DNA of 64,000 nt from a virus. Shown in pieces: positions 1 to 9,525 of the stretch. A program made the position numbers and the translations under genes. The notes under the pieces were generated by a model, which searched no databases, was not told where the DNA came from, and was given only the letters and a program-made list of their open reading frames with translations. The DNA is taken from IMG/VR virus record IMGVR_UViG_3300042695_002264, positions 96,001-160,000 of that record; one strand, written 5' to 3'. Each line of letters starts with the position of its first letter. The stretch's first letter is position 1.

Positions 1-897
1 TACATTACATGCAGACCCATTCAGTTTGCAAAAAACATCAGAAAAATATTCAGCACTGCAAGATGTTAAATATGAAGACATGCTTAGCCTATTAATAAAA
101 CTATCTTCACTTTCCTCCATTGCCTTTGTATAGCTTTTTGGCATATTATCATCTAAATTTAAAATTCTATCTGAAAAATTAATTAAAATTGGCATAATTT
201 GATCGTATTTGTCGTAAACCAGCTCTGCTGTTTTTGCATAATCTTGGCCATTTACTTTAAGATCTAATTTTGGGTACTCATTGTATCCCCATTCAAACAC
301 ATATGAGATATCATTTGTATAAAATTCGCCAGAAAAATTATCTCTTACGATAAACTTATCAAAAGATTTTATATTTAAAAACACTGCCGTATTAAAAATT
401 AAATTAAATGCTTGATTAATATAAAATTTCTTTGCTAATTCTGGCTGATCTTTGAATTTTGGCCCAGAGCATTTAATTGAGAAAAATTTTGCTTTTTTTA
501 AAATTCCTCCTGACATCAATCGCGCAAAATCTTGATCTAAAAAATATGGAAAATTACAATAAAATATTTTTTGGCTATTTGATTTTTTTAATAAAAGATC
601 GTATATCTCTTTTCTCTCTGATATAGAATTACAAACAGGTGATTCGCATATAATATGTTTATTAAGCTCTATACCGCTTTTGAGATATTCAAATTGAGAT
701 TCTCTTGGTGTGGCAACATACCACATGTCTGAATTATTTAAAATTTCTTTTTTATTAGATTCATCAGTAGATGTATTTATTGATCCAATAATTTCATATC
801 TGCTGATAAGGCTGGCAACATTTTGGACTTGGGAGCCCCACTCGCCATTACCAATAATAGCAACTTTTATTTTAGACTTGGCTAATTGAGAATCCAT
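1..897 (-). CDS. Gfo/Idh/MocA-family NAD-dependent oxidoreductase (partial, runs off window start; not in ORF track)
   Basis: Hand translation from ATG at 897: MDSQLAKSKIKVAIIGNGEWG (Rossmann GxGxWG), then YVATP and KHIICESP (family motif KHVxxEKP, here ESP). Confidence 0.7.
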   Translation of the reverse strand, partial: MDSQLAKSKIKVAIIGNGEWGSQVQNVASLISRYEIIGSINTSTDESNKKEILNNSDMWYVATPRESQFEYLKSGIELNKHIICESPVCNSISERKEIYDLLLKKSNSQKIFYCNFPYFLDQDFARLMSGGILKKAKFFSIKCSGPKFKDQPELAKKFYINQAFNLIFNTAVFLNIKSFDKFIVRDNFSGEFYTNDISYVFEWGYNEYPKLDLKVNGQDYAKTAELVYDKYDQIMPILINFSDRILNLDDNMPKSYTKAMEESEDSFINRLSMSSYLTSCSAEYFSDVFCKLNGSACNV

Positions 898-906
898 ATG
901 TTTAAT

Positions 907-934
907 ATTATATGTGTCTTTTGTAACAAATCAA
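907..934 (-). promoter_or_regulatory. sigma70-like promoter TTGATT-16bp-TATAAT
   Basis: Read on minus strand; the -10 box ends 9 nt before the ATG at 897. Confidence 0.5.
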
Positions 935-3249
935 AATATATAACCACTCCACCATTTTTGATCATAATTTCTCAAATCTATCATAAATTGGTCCATTTGA
1001 TCATTTAGCATTCTTAATCTATCAAATTTACTTGGCTCTTTGTACCAACCAATATTTGGATCACTCCAGTCTATTATTGGTACATTATTTATGCCAGAAA
1101 CTGAAAGTGTTGGAAATTCCTCTATGGGACCTGAAACATAAAAATCATTGTTATTTTGACTTGTAATTGCAAAACTTCCACTTTCTGGATTCCCTAATAT
1201 TTTTTTTGCCAATTCTAGCATTTTTTTATAATCTTTTATATTTTTCCCATCGCTATCTTTTGCAAAATTTCCGCTAGTATCTTTTAAAAAATTTTCACCA
1301 GTCATTCCTAAAAATTGCATTGGCAAGTCAGTAGAAAAATAATTTTGATGATTGTTAAAATCATCCACCCAATAATCTCTTCCAATAACTCCTCCATGCA
1401 AATTTCCATCGTATGGTGATGTTTTTCTCTGCGCAGCGCAAGCATATGGGTTTGGAAAATAATATCTTCCAGGAGTTAAATCATTTAACATCTCACCAAG
1501 TAGGCATTCTTTAAATTCATTATCTCCAGATTTAAAATATAAATTATATGGAGTTTTTATAGATTTTTTTTCTATTCTATCAATCCATAAAAATGGATAA
1601 TATTTTTCAGATTCAGCTATGCCATCAAATAGGTTAAAATATTGGTCTACGTTCAATCTTCTTGAGCCATTGCCATTTAAAACAATATCGCCACTTTTCA
1701 ATATTGTTTTACAAAAAACATTTTTTCTCATAATGGTGAGAGGATTGGTATCTTCAAAGTATAACGCTGGCATGCCAAAACTATCAAATGATGTTATCGC
1801 TGGAGTTACCTCTGCTTTTAGAGGTTTTGGAATATCAACGTAAAGCCAATTATATTTAAATATATCTTTTCTTACGTTGTGATTGTAGTGTTTTACAGCG
1901 ACATTTCTGATAAGATATCCAGCGTCATCCGCCCCACCATTAGTTCTAAATCCAAAAAATATAGAATCTTTTGCTTGACCACTAACTGTTCCGCTCGCTA
2001 TTCCATCTTCTATATAAAATCCACTACTATTTGTTCGAGTGGCATATGCGAATTTTTCATCATTTTCAATATATATATAATCCTGACCTTCTATTTTGCC
2101 ACCTAAATTTTTTGGATCTAGTTGTGATCCTAATAAATATCCAGATGGAGGGTTATTTAAACCTCCGCGATTAAAAATTTGAGCAGTATAATAATCCACC
2201 TCCCCATCAATAAAAAGCCTGTCTTGTGCAAAATGATCCCAAAGTATAGATTTTTTTTCTATATCGTCTTGACCCAATTGCTGCTTTATACTTTCAGTAT
2301 ATTCTATAAATTTACCAGGAAGCCTTTGTGGAATACCATCGGAAGAATTAAAATCAAAAATTGAAGAAACGACCGAATATCTCATAAACCATGGGTCTAT
2401 GCATGCCACAAGAATACAAAATATAATACATCCACAATATGAGCATGTTGCAGTTTTGGATACTAGGTAGTTTTGCCAGCCTATCGTCGGCTCTGGACCT
2501 CGAACTATTGTCCCATTATAATCCGTCAAAAATTTTTCTGATGGAAATAATTCATTTTTTGCAGCTTTATCTGTAAGCCAATATTGGTCAAGGGCATAAA
2601 TAACTAAATTAAGGGCATGCTCTCCGTTTCCAATACAGCTATGGCCTTTATAAGAACAAACATAGCATGGCTCTCCGCATCCGCCAATCCAAAAACTTAT
2701 AGACAGTGGGGAGAGTATATACGGCCACCAACCATACTCTCTCCATTTTACAACTTCTCCAGTTAGTTCGTTAATATTTTCACTAAGTATGTCCTGATAA
2801 TAATCTTTGACTAATTTTGTATTTCGTCCAAGCGCTGTTTGATCAGGCTTTGTAACAATACTGTCGTTTTTAACTAAATTGTATCTCGAATATGTGCTAA
2901 GGCATTTTTGATCGACGGATGTAGGGCGCTGCCCTTCGCGTGTAAAATCGCTATAAACCCAATTTTGAAAATTTGTTACAAATCCAAATAGTGGGGGGTT
3001 ATTTGTAGAATATTTTTCTAAATCAACGTATTTTGGATTTTGCCAATGCCATGGCACGCCATATTCTTCTTTTATGCTACCAAATTTTGATGCAAGATAG
3101 CTTATAGAGCGTGTTGCTCCTATAAAGTATGTGCCAGATTGGCATGACAAGTCTTTATTTTCATTTTCTTCCGTGCCTTGGCCGGTGCGAATAATTCTTA
3201 AATTTGCTAAATTTGGATAATTGCACTGATTTAAATAATAATTTGACAT
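931..3249 (-). CDS. Hypothetical 772-aa Cys/aromatic-rich protein, possibly virion-associated
   Basis: Long ORF; TGTAAT late-type motif 20 nt upstream; no recognisable family. Confidence 0.45.
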   Translation of the reverse strand: MSNYYLNQCNYPNLANLRIIRTGQGTEENENKDLSCQSGTYFIGATRSISYLASKFGSIKEEYGVPWHWQNPKYVDLEKYSTNNPPLFGFVTNFQNWVYSDFTREGQRPTSVDQKCLSTYSRYNLVKNDSIVTKPDQTALGRNTKLVKDYYQDILSENINELTGEVVKWREYGWWPYILSPLSISFWIGGCGEPCYVCSYKGHSCIGNGEHALNLVIYALDQYWLTDKAAKNELFPSEKFLTDYNGTIVRGPEPTIGWQNYLVSKTATCSYCGCIIFCILVACIDPWFMRYSVVSSIFDFNSSDGIPQRLPGKFIEYTESIKQQLGQDDIEKKSILWDHFAQDRLFIDGEVDYYTAQIFNRGGLNNPPSGYLLGSQLDPKNLGGKIEGQDYIYIENDEKFAYATRTNSSGFYIEDGIASGTVSGQAKDSIFFGFRTNGGADDAGYLIRNVAVKHYNHNVRKDIFKYNWLYVDIPKPLKAEVTPAITSFDSFGMPALYFEDTNPLTIMRKNVFCKTILKSGDIVLNGNGSRRLNVDQYFNLFDGIAESEKYYPFLWIDRIEKKSIKTPYNLYFKSGDNEFKECLLGEMLNDLTPGRYYFPNPYACAAQRKTSPYDGNLHGGVIGRDYWVDDFNNHQNYFSTDLPMQFLGMTGENFLKDTSGNFAKDSDGKNIKDYKKMLELAKKILGNPESGSFAITSQNNNDFYVSGPIEEFPTLSVSGINNVPIIDWSDPNIGWYKEPSKFDRLRMLNDQMDQFMIDLRNYDQKWWSGYIF

Positions 3250-3277
3250 AGTCTAGTATATAGACTTTATTACATAT

Positions 3278-4324
3278 TTATATGTCAGATTCTATCATTT
3301 CTTTGATCAAGTCATCAAATGATATTTGCGGTACCCATCCAAGTTCAGATTTTGCCATATTGGAATCGCCAAGCAATAAGTCTACTTCAGCTGGTCTATA
3401 AAAAGCAGGACTAATTTTTACAAGCGTATTTGATTTTATGTTATTTTCTTGAGTAACAAAATTATCAATAACAAGCTTCTCATCTATGCCGTCACCCTCC
3501 CAATGATAGTATTTAATACCAGCATAGACAAATGCTTTTTCAATAAATTCTTTAACTGTATGTGTTTTTCCAGAAGATAGTATATATTCTTTTGGTTCAT
3601 TTTGATTTAGCATTATCCAAATGCCTTTTATAAAATCTTTAGCATGGCTCCAATCTCTTTTTGCGTAAATGTTTCCAAGCTCGAGCGGCTCAAAGACTTC
3701 TCCAGAAGTTATAGCTTTTTTAATTTTACCGATATGTTTTGTTATTTTTCTAGTAACGAATTCTTCACCGCGCCTTGGGCTTTCATGATTATATAATAAT
3801 CCTTGTATCGCAAAAAGGTTATAACTTTCACGGTATACTTTTACAATATGTCTAGCGGCTGCTTTTGCGGCGCCGTATGGGCTTCTTGGCTTTAGGGGGT
3901 GTTTTTCATCTTGTGGGCTGTAATCAACATTGCCTAATTCTTCTGAGGATCCGGCATTATAAAATCTACATTTTGGGGCATGCTTTCTAATCGCCTCTAA
4001 GCATCTTATTACGCCTATTGAATCGATATCAAATGTTTGTTCTGGAATTTGCCATGATGCGCCAACAAAGCTTTGAGCAGCTAAATTTATAAAATAATCT
4101 GGCACAATATCTCTGACAATATTATCTATTGATTGAGAATCTGCAAGGTCTCCAGTTATTAGTTTGAATTTGTTATTGTTTAATAAATGTTTTATATTTT
4201 TATAATTATTTGTTGACGCTCTACGAACCATGCCATAAATTTCATAATCGGTATTTTCCAGCAAATATTCTGCCATATAAGACCCATCTTGTCCAGTCAC
4301 CCCAGTAATTAAAACTTTTTTCAT
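3278..4324 (-). CDS. gmd: GDP-mannose 4,6-dehydratase
   Basis: LITGVTGQDGSY, NLAAQSFV, PRSPYGAAK, NHESPRRGEEFVTRKI, RDWSHAKD, RPAEVDLLLGD. Confidence 0.97.
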   Translation of the reverse strand: MKKVLITGVTGQDGSYMAEYLLENTDYEIYGMVRRASTNNYKNIKHLLNNNKFKLITGDLADSQSIDNIVRDIVPDYFINLAAQSFVGASWQIPEQTFDIDSIGVIRCLEAIRKHAPKCRFYNAGSSEELGNVDYSPQDEKHPLKPRSPYGAAKAAARHIVKVYRESYNLFAIQGLLYNHESPRRGEEFVTRKITKHIGKIKKAITSGEVFEPLELGNIYAKRDWSHAKDFIKGIWIMLNQNEPKEYILSSGKTHTVKEFIEKAFVYAGIKYYHWEGDGIDEKLVIDNFVTQENNIKSNTLVKISPAFYRPAEVDLLLGDSNMAKSELGWVPQISFDDLIKEMIESDI

Positions 4325-4339
4325 TGTTTGTTTATATTG

Positions 4340-4990
4340 CTATTTAAGCGCATCAAATATAGATGAAAATGCGTGAAGATCCCAAAGATTTTGTAATTTC
4401 TCTACGACATCTGTATTATTGTTAATTTCGCGCCTAATATTTAAAATCATGTAATCAGTATCATGATGAATATTATAAATATCAAAATTATTTAATATAG
4501 ATATTTTACTTAAAGAGACTAATGAGTATATGTATTTTGCTTTTTTGAATTGCTCAATGTTACTTAAAATAAAATGTGGCGTAAATATACCAACATGCAA
4601 ATCAATGTTTTTTGAAAAAAGTTCTTGAATTGAAAAAATAGATTTTAAGCATACATTTGATAAATCTGGAATAATAACTGAATCGATTTTTCCAGAAGCT
4701 AATAGTTTGGAAACATTTTTTTTATTAAAAATATTCTCACCATATTCTTCAAATGCCGATGCTTGAATATCTGCCTTGATCAAGCTGTTGCTTGATACTA
4801 ATGCACTGTTGTTATATTTTATTTTATTTGAATATAATTTTTTAAATAAATTAAAAATATCAGCTTGATTTAAAATATTATTGCCTGTATTGTCGCCAAA
4901 GTTAAAATAACAATACGCACAAATATTTTTATCTAAAATATTATTTTTAACGATATTTTGAGAATCGCAAAGATTACAAGCTTTACTCAT
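4340..4990 (-). CDS. Degenerate SAM-methyltransferase-like protein with N-terminal CxxC...CxxC
   Basis: CNLC/CAYC; C-terminal YIYSLVSLSKI...FDIYNI resembles YYYSLKAMKYL...LSIFDV of ORF 11089-12303; no glycine-rich SAM motif. Confidence 0.35.
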   Translation of the reverse strand: MSKACNLCDSQNIVKNNILDKNICAYCYFNFGDNTGNNILNQADIFNLFKKLYSNKIKYNNSALVSSNSLIKADIQASAFEEYGENIFNKKNVSKLLASGKIDSVIIPDLSNVCLKSIFSIQELFSKNIDLHVGIFTPHFILSNIEQFKKAKYIYSLVSLSKISILNNFDIYNIHHDTDYMILNIRREINNNTDVVEKLQNLWDLHAFSSIFDALK

Positions 4991-5020
4991 ATATATAATT
5001 TTAAGTATATTATATATATG

Positions 5021-5329
5021 TTATTTTGCGCAAATTTTCCAGTAAATATCTTCTGCCTCTGACATTGATTTATTTAAAATTTCTTGATAATCTTCAACAT
5101 CTGCCACTTCTTTTTTTCCAGTAATTAAATTTAATAAATCTACATTACTGTCATTTAATACTTCATTAATTTGCTTTAGCTGGTTCTGCATTATTTCATT
5201 AACGCTTTCTTTCCATGCTTTTATAAAAGCTTTTTCAAATTTTTCTCTGTCCTGCTCTAAATAAGAATCTGACTCTATAATTTTGTTCCATAAAAAGGAT
5301 ACTATTGATAGTAGTAAATTTTCTTTCAT
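5021..5329 (-). CDS. Hypothetical helical protein (start reassigned to MKENLL)
   Basis: ORF; start at 5329 avoids overlap with dut. Confidence 0.5.
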   Translation of the reverse strand: MKENLLLSIVSFLWNKIIESDSYLEQDREKFEKAFIKAWKESVNEIMQNQLKQINEVLNDSNVDLLNLITGKKEVADVEDYQEILNKSMSEAEDIYWKICAK

Positions 5330-5378
5330 TCCATTGAAAATTTTTTCTTTGTAATTGTCTTCAAATATATTTGATGTA

Positions 5379-5798
5379 TTATTTTCCACTAGAACCAAAC
5401 CCCCTTTCACCGCGATCAGACTCATCTAGTGAATCTACAAGTATCGGATCCCAGTTATAACATTTTTCAATAATTAATTGGGCAATTTTATCGCCAATAT
5501 TGATTGTGTAATCATTTTCTCCAGAATTGTATAGAATAACTTTTATTTCGCCTCTATAGCCTGAATCAACAACCCCAGCGAAAACATCGAGTCCGTACTT
5601 ATATGCCAGTCCAGATCTGGGGGCTACTCTGGCATAATGCCCATCTGGAATTGAAATGGAAATCCCACAGCTTACAGCTTTCCAACTACGACCTTTTATT
5701 ACATCTGGCTCAGATGAGTATAAATCAAGCCCAGCGTCAGATGGCGTGTTTCTAGTTGGTAATTTAGAATTTTTTGTTAAAAGTTTGACTTGTATCAT
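5379..5798 (-). CDS. dut: dUTPase (trimeric)
   Basis: AGLDL, PRSGLA, GVVDSGYRGEI, IAQL, RGERGFGSSG; start at MIQVK. Confidence 0.97.
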   Translation of the reverse strand: MIQVKLLTKNSKLPTRNTPSDAGLDLYSSEPDVIKGRSWKAVSCGISISIPDGHYARVAPRSGLAYKYGLDVFAGVVDSGYRGEIKVILYNSGENDYTINIGDKIAQLIIEKCYNWDPILVDSLDESDRGERGFGSSGK

Positions 5799-5804
5799 TA
5801 AACT

Positions 5805-5832
5805 ATTATAGTTCAATATATTACAAAGACAA
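5805..5832 (-). promoter_or_regulatory. sigma70-like promoter TTGTCT-16bp-TATAAT, 6 nt before the dut ATG
   Basis: Read on minus strand; the spacer also contains TGTAAT. Confidence 0.55.
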
Positions 5833-5834
5833 TA

Positions 5835-6239
5835 TTATATTTTTATAAGTTCTATGCCGAATTCTTTTGCTAGTTCTGTAGAAAAATCGTCACGCTCATA
5901 AGCTTCGTTATAATAAACTTCTTTTATTCCATACATTGATATATTCTTTATACATTCAGAGCAGGGGCGTAGTGTGACTGCCATTAATTTAGCTTCATGT
6001 GGCTTAATGTAGCGCAAAGCAGCGGTTTCTGCGTGAGATACTCGACGACGCCTTTCGTCTCTATCGCTCCAATTAATCTCAACGCCTGGAGGCGCTCCAT
6101 TGTAACCTATTGCAGCTACAGTATTATCATAGCGCAGAATACAGGCACCGACCTTCCTATAAGGATCTTCAGATCTAAGTGCGGCAGCTTTTGCAAGCTC
6201 CATGGCATATTCTGGCCAAGTTAATCGTTTATGCATCAT
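5835..6239 (-). CDS. dCMP deaminase (ComEB family)
   Basis: RSEDPYRKVGACI, GYNG, HAE, PCSEC zinc motifs; ATGA overlap with the RNR stop. Confidence 0.92.
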   Translation of the reverse strand: MMHKRLTWPEYAMELAKAAALRSEDPYRKVGACILRYDNTVAAIGYNGAPPGVEINWSDRDERRRRVSHAETAALRYIKPHEAKLMAVTLRPCSECIKNISMYGIKEVYYNEAYERDDFSTELAKEFGIELIKI

Positions 6240-8560
6240 ATTTGACAAGCACCACCAGCACAGGCTTGGGCTCCAAGAGTAGCGGCCTCTACGTAGGTTT
6301 GGTCTTTTTCTATTACACTAGACCAATCGACTTCTCGATGTTCTCTTTGTATGTCGCACCATGTTTTCCACAATGTAACATGTTTTAAACAATGCGCTGT
6401 CCTGCGATCATCGCCATTAAAATATCTTTGAGAAAACTGCTTCGCTCTCCTTAACCAGTCTTTTTTCGCAAACCAATTGTCATATTCTACTTTTTTTCCA
6501 TAGTATGAAATAATTTTTTCATTATGCTCTTTAAGAGTATACCCATTCTTATGTGGAAATACTGGCTCAATCATGCTTTCTGGAACTTGCTCTCCAATGC
6601 CAAGAAATGCATCGCATGCTTTCCATAAATTACCATCAAAAGCAGCTAGTCCATCTACAGTTAATCCAGAAGCAAACACTGAAGCATTTCCATATTGCTC
6701 AACAATCTCTTCTGGGGTTAAAACAGTGCTGAATGGAGCCTGTGGGTAGTCAAGATCGCCAGAGGATGGCAGCAATGATATGCCAGAAAAATATTCTTGA
6801 TTATTAAAAATAAACTTTTCGACATCCTTCCATTCATTTGGTTGAACAACTACTGTGCATGACACATTATGCCTAACATATGGTTTTACGCATAGTTCTT
6901 GATTTGTGCCATGTTCTACCCAGTTTCTTTGAGTAGACTTGATTTGATCTAAAAACTGAACTGCTGATGTGGCATTTTTTAAAATAGCGCCTCTTGGCAC
7001 TTCGCACAAAAACGAAACAACCTCATCGGTTCCGTTGGCTGACCAAACGCTTGTTTCTACAGCAAGTGGGTTTTGTGACTTATAATGCTGTGCTGGAAAT
7101 TCATTGCGATTGGCTTGAACTCTGCGAATATATCGTTTTGCATGGTGTGGGTGTATTCCAGAGGCGGTTCCAAGCACACAACTGGTTGATCCGGCTGGCT
7201 TTACGCATGTTGTTCTTGCAGATTGATTAATACCAATCATTGCGGAAATTTTTTTATTTGTTTTTTTAATTTCCTCCGCGCCTTTTCTTTGAATTTTTGA
7301 ATCTAAAAGAATTTCAGGATTATCCATGAATCCAGTTATCGAACAGCCAAGAAGGGCCTCTCTTTCAACTATTTTTTTAGTAGTATCTGTTAAATAGTTA
7401 AAACGAGTATACCCTGCCTGCATTGTTCCCAAAATGGCAGATGCTCGGCATGCTTCATAAAACTCATCTTCGCTTGTGCAAAATTTTCCATTAATTTCCG
7501 TTAGATTACAGACTTGTATGCCGCTCTTGCCATTAAAGTTTGGAATCATTCCAATTTCAGCACATGGGTTATATACAACGTCTGTTCCATGTAGCCAAAT
7601 AAATCCAGGCTCACCAAATTGACGCGTTGACTCCATGAGGCTATGAAACTCTTCTGAAGTTGTTTTGCCTTTAATAAGGACAGCAGAATTATTAGACCTT
7701 GCTCTTTGAGGATTTTCTATAAACCAATTGCCAGTTTTAGCAGCAGCCATTTCGCCATCATTTAGTGAAAATTGACAGATAGTAGCAGATCTGCGAACGC
7801 CCCCAGATAAAACTGCATCGCTGGCATGCATAATAATATCATATGCATCTATTGGGCGCAGCTTCCCAGCAAATTCATCTGTTTTGAATTCTGCACTATT
7901 AATTCGTTTTTCAATCAATGTCCTAATTTTTTCTATTGCCTTTTCAAGGCCTTTATGTCCAGGTGCTTTAAATTGACCAGCTATTAAGGCGCCCTCTGGA
8001 CGAATAAGGCTATAATCAAAATTTACTTTGTGACCAGACATTTCTGGAAATTCGCTGTCTTTTTCAGCAAAATAGCTATTGACAATAACCCCAATCGCAT
8101 CGGCCCAGCCCTCAATGGAATCTTCTACTTTCCATTTTCTCCAAGCAGAACTATCTACGTGATGAAGTTTGGGCAATTTATCAATGTGTTCTTTTTGAAC
8201 AGAAAATCCAAGACCAACACCACAAAGTAATACATACATCGATTCTTGGAATGATCTTGCCCTATCAATATAGGTAGAAGAACAGTTATAGATTTTAAAT
8301 TCTTCTTTCTCAATCCATTTTCCGCCAAATTGTAAAGCCCTTTGTGAGCCAAGAACTCTTTTCTTTCTTACCATTCTTTTTGCAAATTCAAATTCCTCTT
8401 TAAATTCTGGATTTGATTCTAGAACATGAGCATACTTTCTAGCATGCATTCCAAATACGCGCTCTACAATTTCTGGCCATGTCTCTCTTCTTTGTTTTTC
8501 TGGAAGATAGTGTGAGTATTTTGCGTACAATGTGTATTCTGAAAGTGCTTTTAGGCTCAT
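6236..8560 (-). CDS. nrdJ: Class II adenosylcobalamin-dependent ribonucleotide reductase, monomeric RTPR type
   Basis: YNC, GVGLGFSV, GGVRRSA, NPCAEI, CNLTEIN, TTCVKPAGS, C-terminal CAGGAC; no NrdB gene adjacent. Confidence 0.9.
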   Translation of the reverse strand: MSLKALSEYTLYAKYSHYLPEKQRRETWPEIVERVFGMHARKYAHVLESNPEFKEEFEFAKRMVRKKRVLGSQRALQFGGKWIEKEEFKIYNCSSTYIDRARSFQESMYVLLCGVGLGFSVQKEHIDKLPKLHHVDSSAWRKWKVEDSIEGWADAIGVIVNSYFAEKDSEFPEMSGHKVNFDYSLIRPEGALIAGQFKAPGHKGLEKAIEKIRTLIEKRINSAEFKTDEFAGKLRPIDAYDIIMHASDAVLSGGVRRSATICQFSLNDGEMAAAKTGNWFIENPQRARSNNSAVLIKGKTTSEEFHSLMESTRQFGEPGFIWLHGTDVVYNPCAEIGMIPNFNGKSGIQVCNLTEINGKFCTSEDEFYEACRASAILGTMQAGYTRFNYLTDTTKKIVEREALLGCSITGFMDNPEILLDSKIQRKGAEEIKKTNKKISAMIGINQSARTTCVKPAGSTSCVLGTASGIHPHHAKRYIRRVQANRNEFPAQHYKSQNPLAVETSVWSANGTDEVVSFLCEVPRGAILKNATSAVQFLDQIKSTQRNWVEHGTNQELCVKPYVRHNVSCTVVVQPNEWKDVEKFIFNNQEYFSGISLLPSSGDLDYPQAPFSTVLTPEEIVEQYGNASVFASGLTVDGLAAFDGNLWKACDAFLGIGEQVPESMIEPVFPHKNGYTLKEHNEKIISYYGKKVEYDNWFAKKDWLRRAKQFSQRYFNGDDRRTAHCLKHVTLWKTWCDIQREHREVDWSSVIEKDQTYVEAATLGAQACAGGACQI

Positions 8561-8691
8561 AGTATTAAAAATGATTTAAATTTTTTTGACGCGCTTGCGT
8601 CAGTTTTTTATATTACGCTAATTTGTTTGGAATGAAAATTTTTTTTACGTGATGGCGTAAAAAAAATGAAAACAAAAAAAAGTGGTGTATG

Positions 8692-9525
8692 TTATTTTAT
8701 AGACATATCAAATATCATCTCTTCTATAGATAATATTTTACCATTCCATAACTGGCTATTCATTGATTGATCTATCGTAGATAATGTTTTATTAACAGTA
8801 ATGTCACAAAGGCTAGGAGTAATATCAATATTTTTTTTAAAATACTTTTTAAATAATTCGAGTAAATGATATTTGCTAGCTGTATCTTGCGGAACTATAT
8901 GCTGAACATTATTGACTTGTATATTATTTGATATTATATTTTCACATATTTTGGCAAATTGAAGTGTTGTAATTCCATTCCAAAAATGATTAATATATCC
9001 TTCAATTGGGATATCGGTATTTTGGTTGAGAAACCAAGAAAGTAAATTTTTTGATGTATTTAGTTCCTCACCAATGATTGAGCATCTAAGATTGTAGACT
9101 TTCTCATTTTTGATTTCTCCAAGACTTTTAGTTTTTCCGTACACATCAACTGCATCATGCGATGATAGCTCTGAATAGTTGCCAGATTTTCCAGAAAATA
9201 CCCCATCGGTAGTTATGTTAATAATTCTTTTTGCAAGATCTGATTGCAATATCTTCATGGGAAGTAGCGTGTTGATATTGACTGCTTCAGACAAAAGATC
9301 TGGAGTTTTTTCCTTTGTTCTTAATATACCAGCACAATTAATTAAATAATCATAAGGCAAAAAGAAACTAAAGAGTTCATCGTAATGAATATAGAATATA
9401 TTATCCTCTCGACAAATTCTCCTATTTCTAGTAAAAGCATATATTGTCCAGTTTTTATTTTTGGATAGATATTTTACAACCGTATGCCCCAGCATTCCTC
9501 CAGAACCAACTACCGCAATTTTCAT
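8692..9525 (-). CDS. RmlD-like NDP-4-keto-6-deoxysugar reductase
   Basis: GSGGMLG, INCAG, TTDGVFSG, YGKTKSLGE, LRCSIIG. Confidence 0.85.
   Translation of the reverse strand: MKIAVVGSGGMLGHTVVKYLSKNKNWTIYAFTRNRRICREDNIFYIHYDELFSFFLPYDYLINCAGILRTKEKTPDLLSEAVNINTLLPMKILQSDLAKRIINITTDGVFSGKSGNYSELSSHDAVDVYGKTKSLGEIKNEKVYNLRCSIIGEELNTSKNLLSWFLNQNTDIPIEGYINHFWNGITTLQFAKICENIISNNIQVNNVQHIVPQDTASKYHLLELFKKYFKKNIDITPSLCDITVNKTLSTIDQSMNSQLWNGKILSIEEMIFDMSIK

Noticed and set aside
5379-6239. Modified-base (hmC or hmU) DNA pathway
   Set aside because: No hydroxymethylase, dNMP kinase or dCTPase recognised in this window; dut and dCMP deaminase fit ordinary dTTP supply. Not excluded genome-wide.
8561-8691. 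Cobalamin riboswitch or NrdR box upstream of nrdJ
   Set aside because: The region is short and AT-rich with no B12-box, and has no convincing match to the NrdR consensus.
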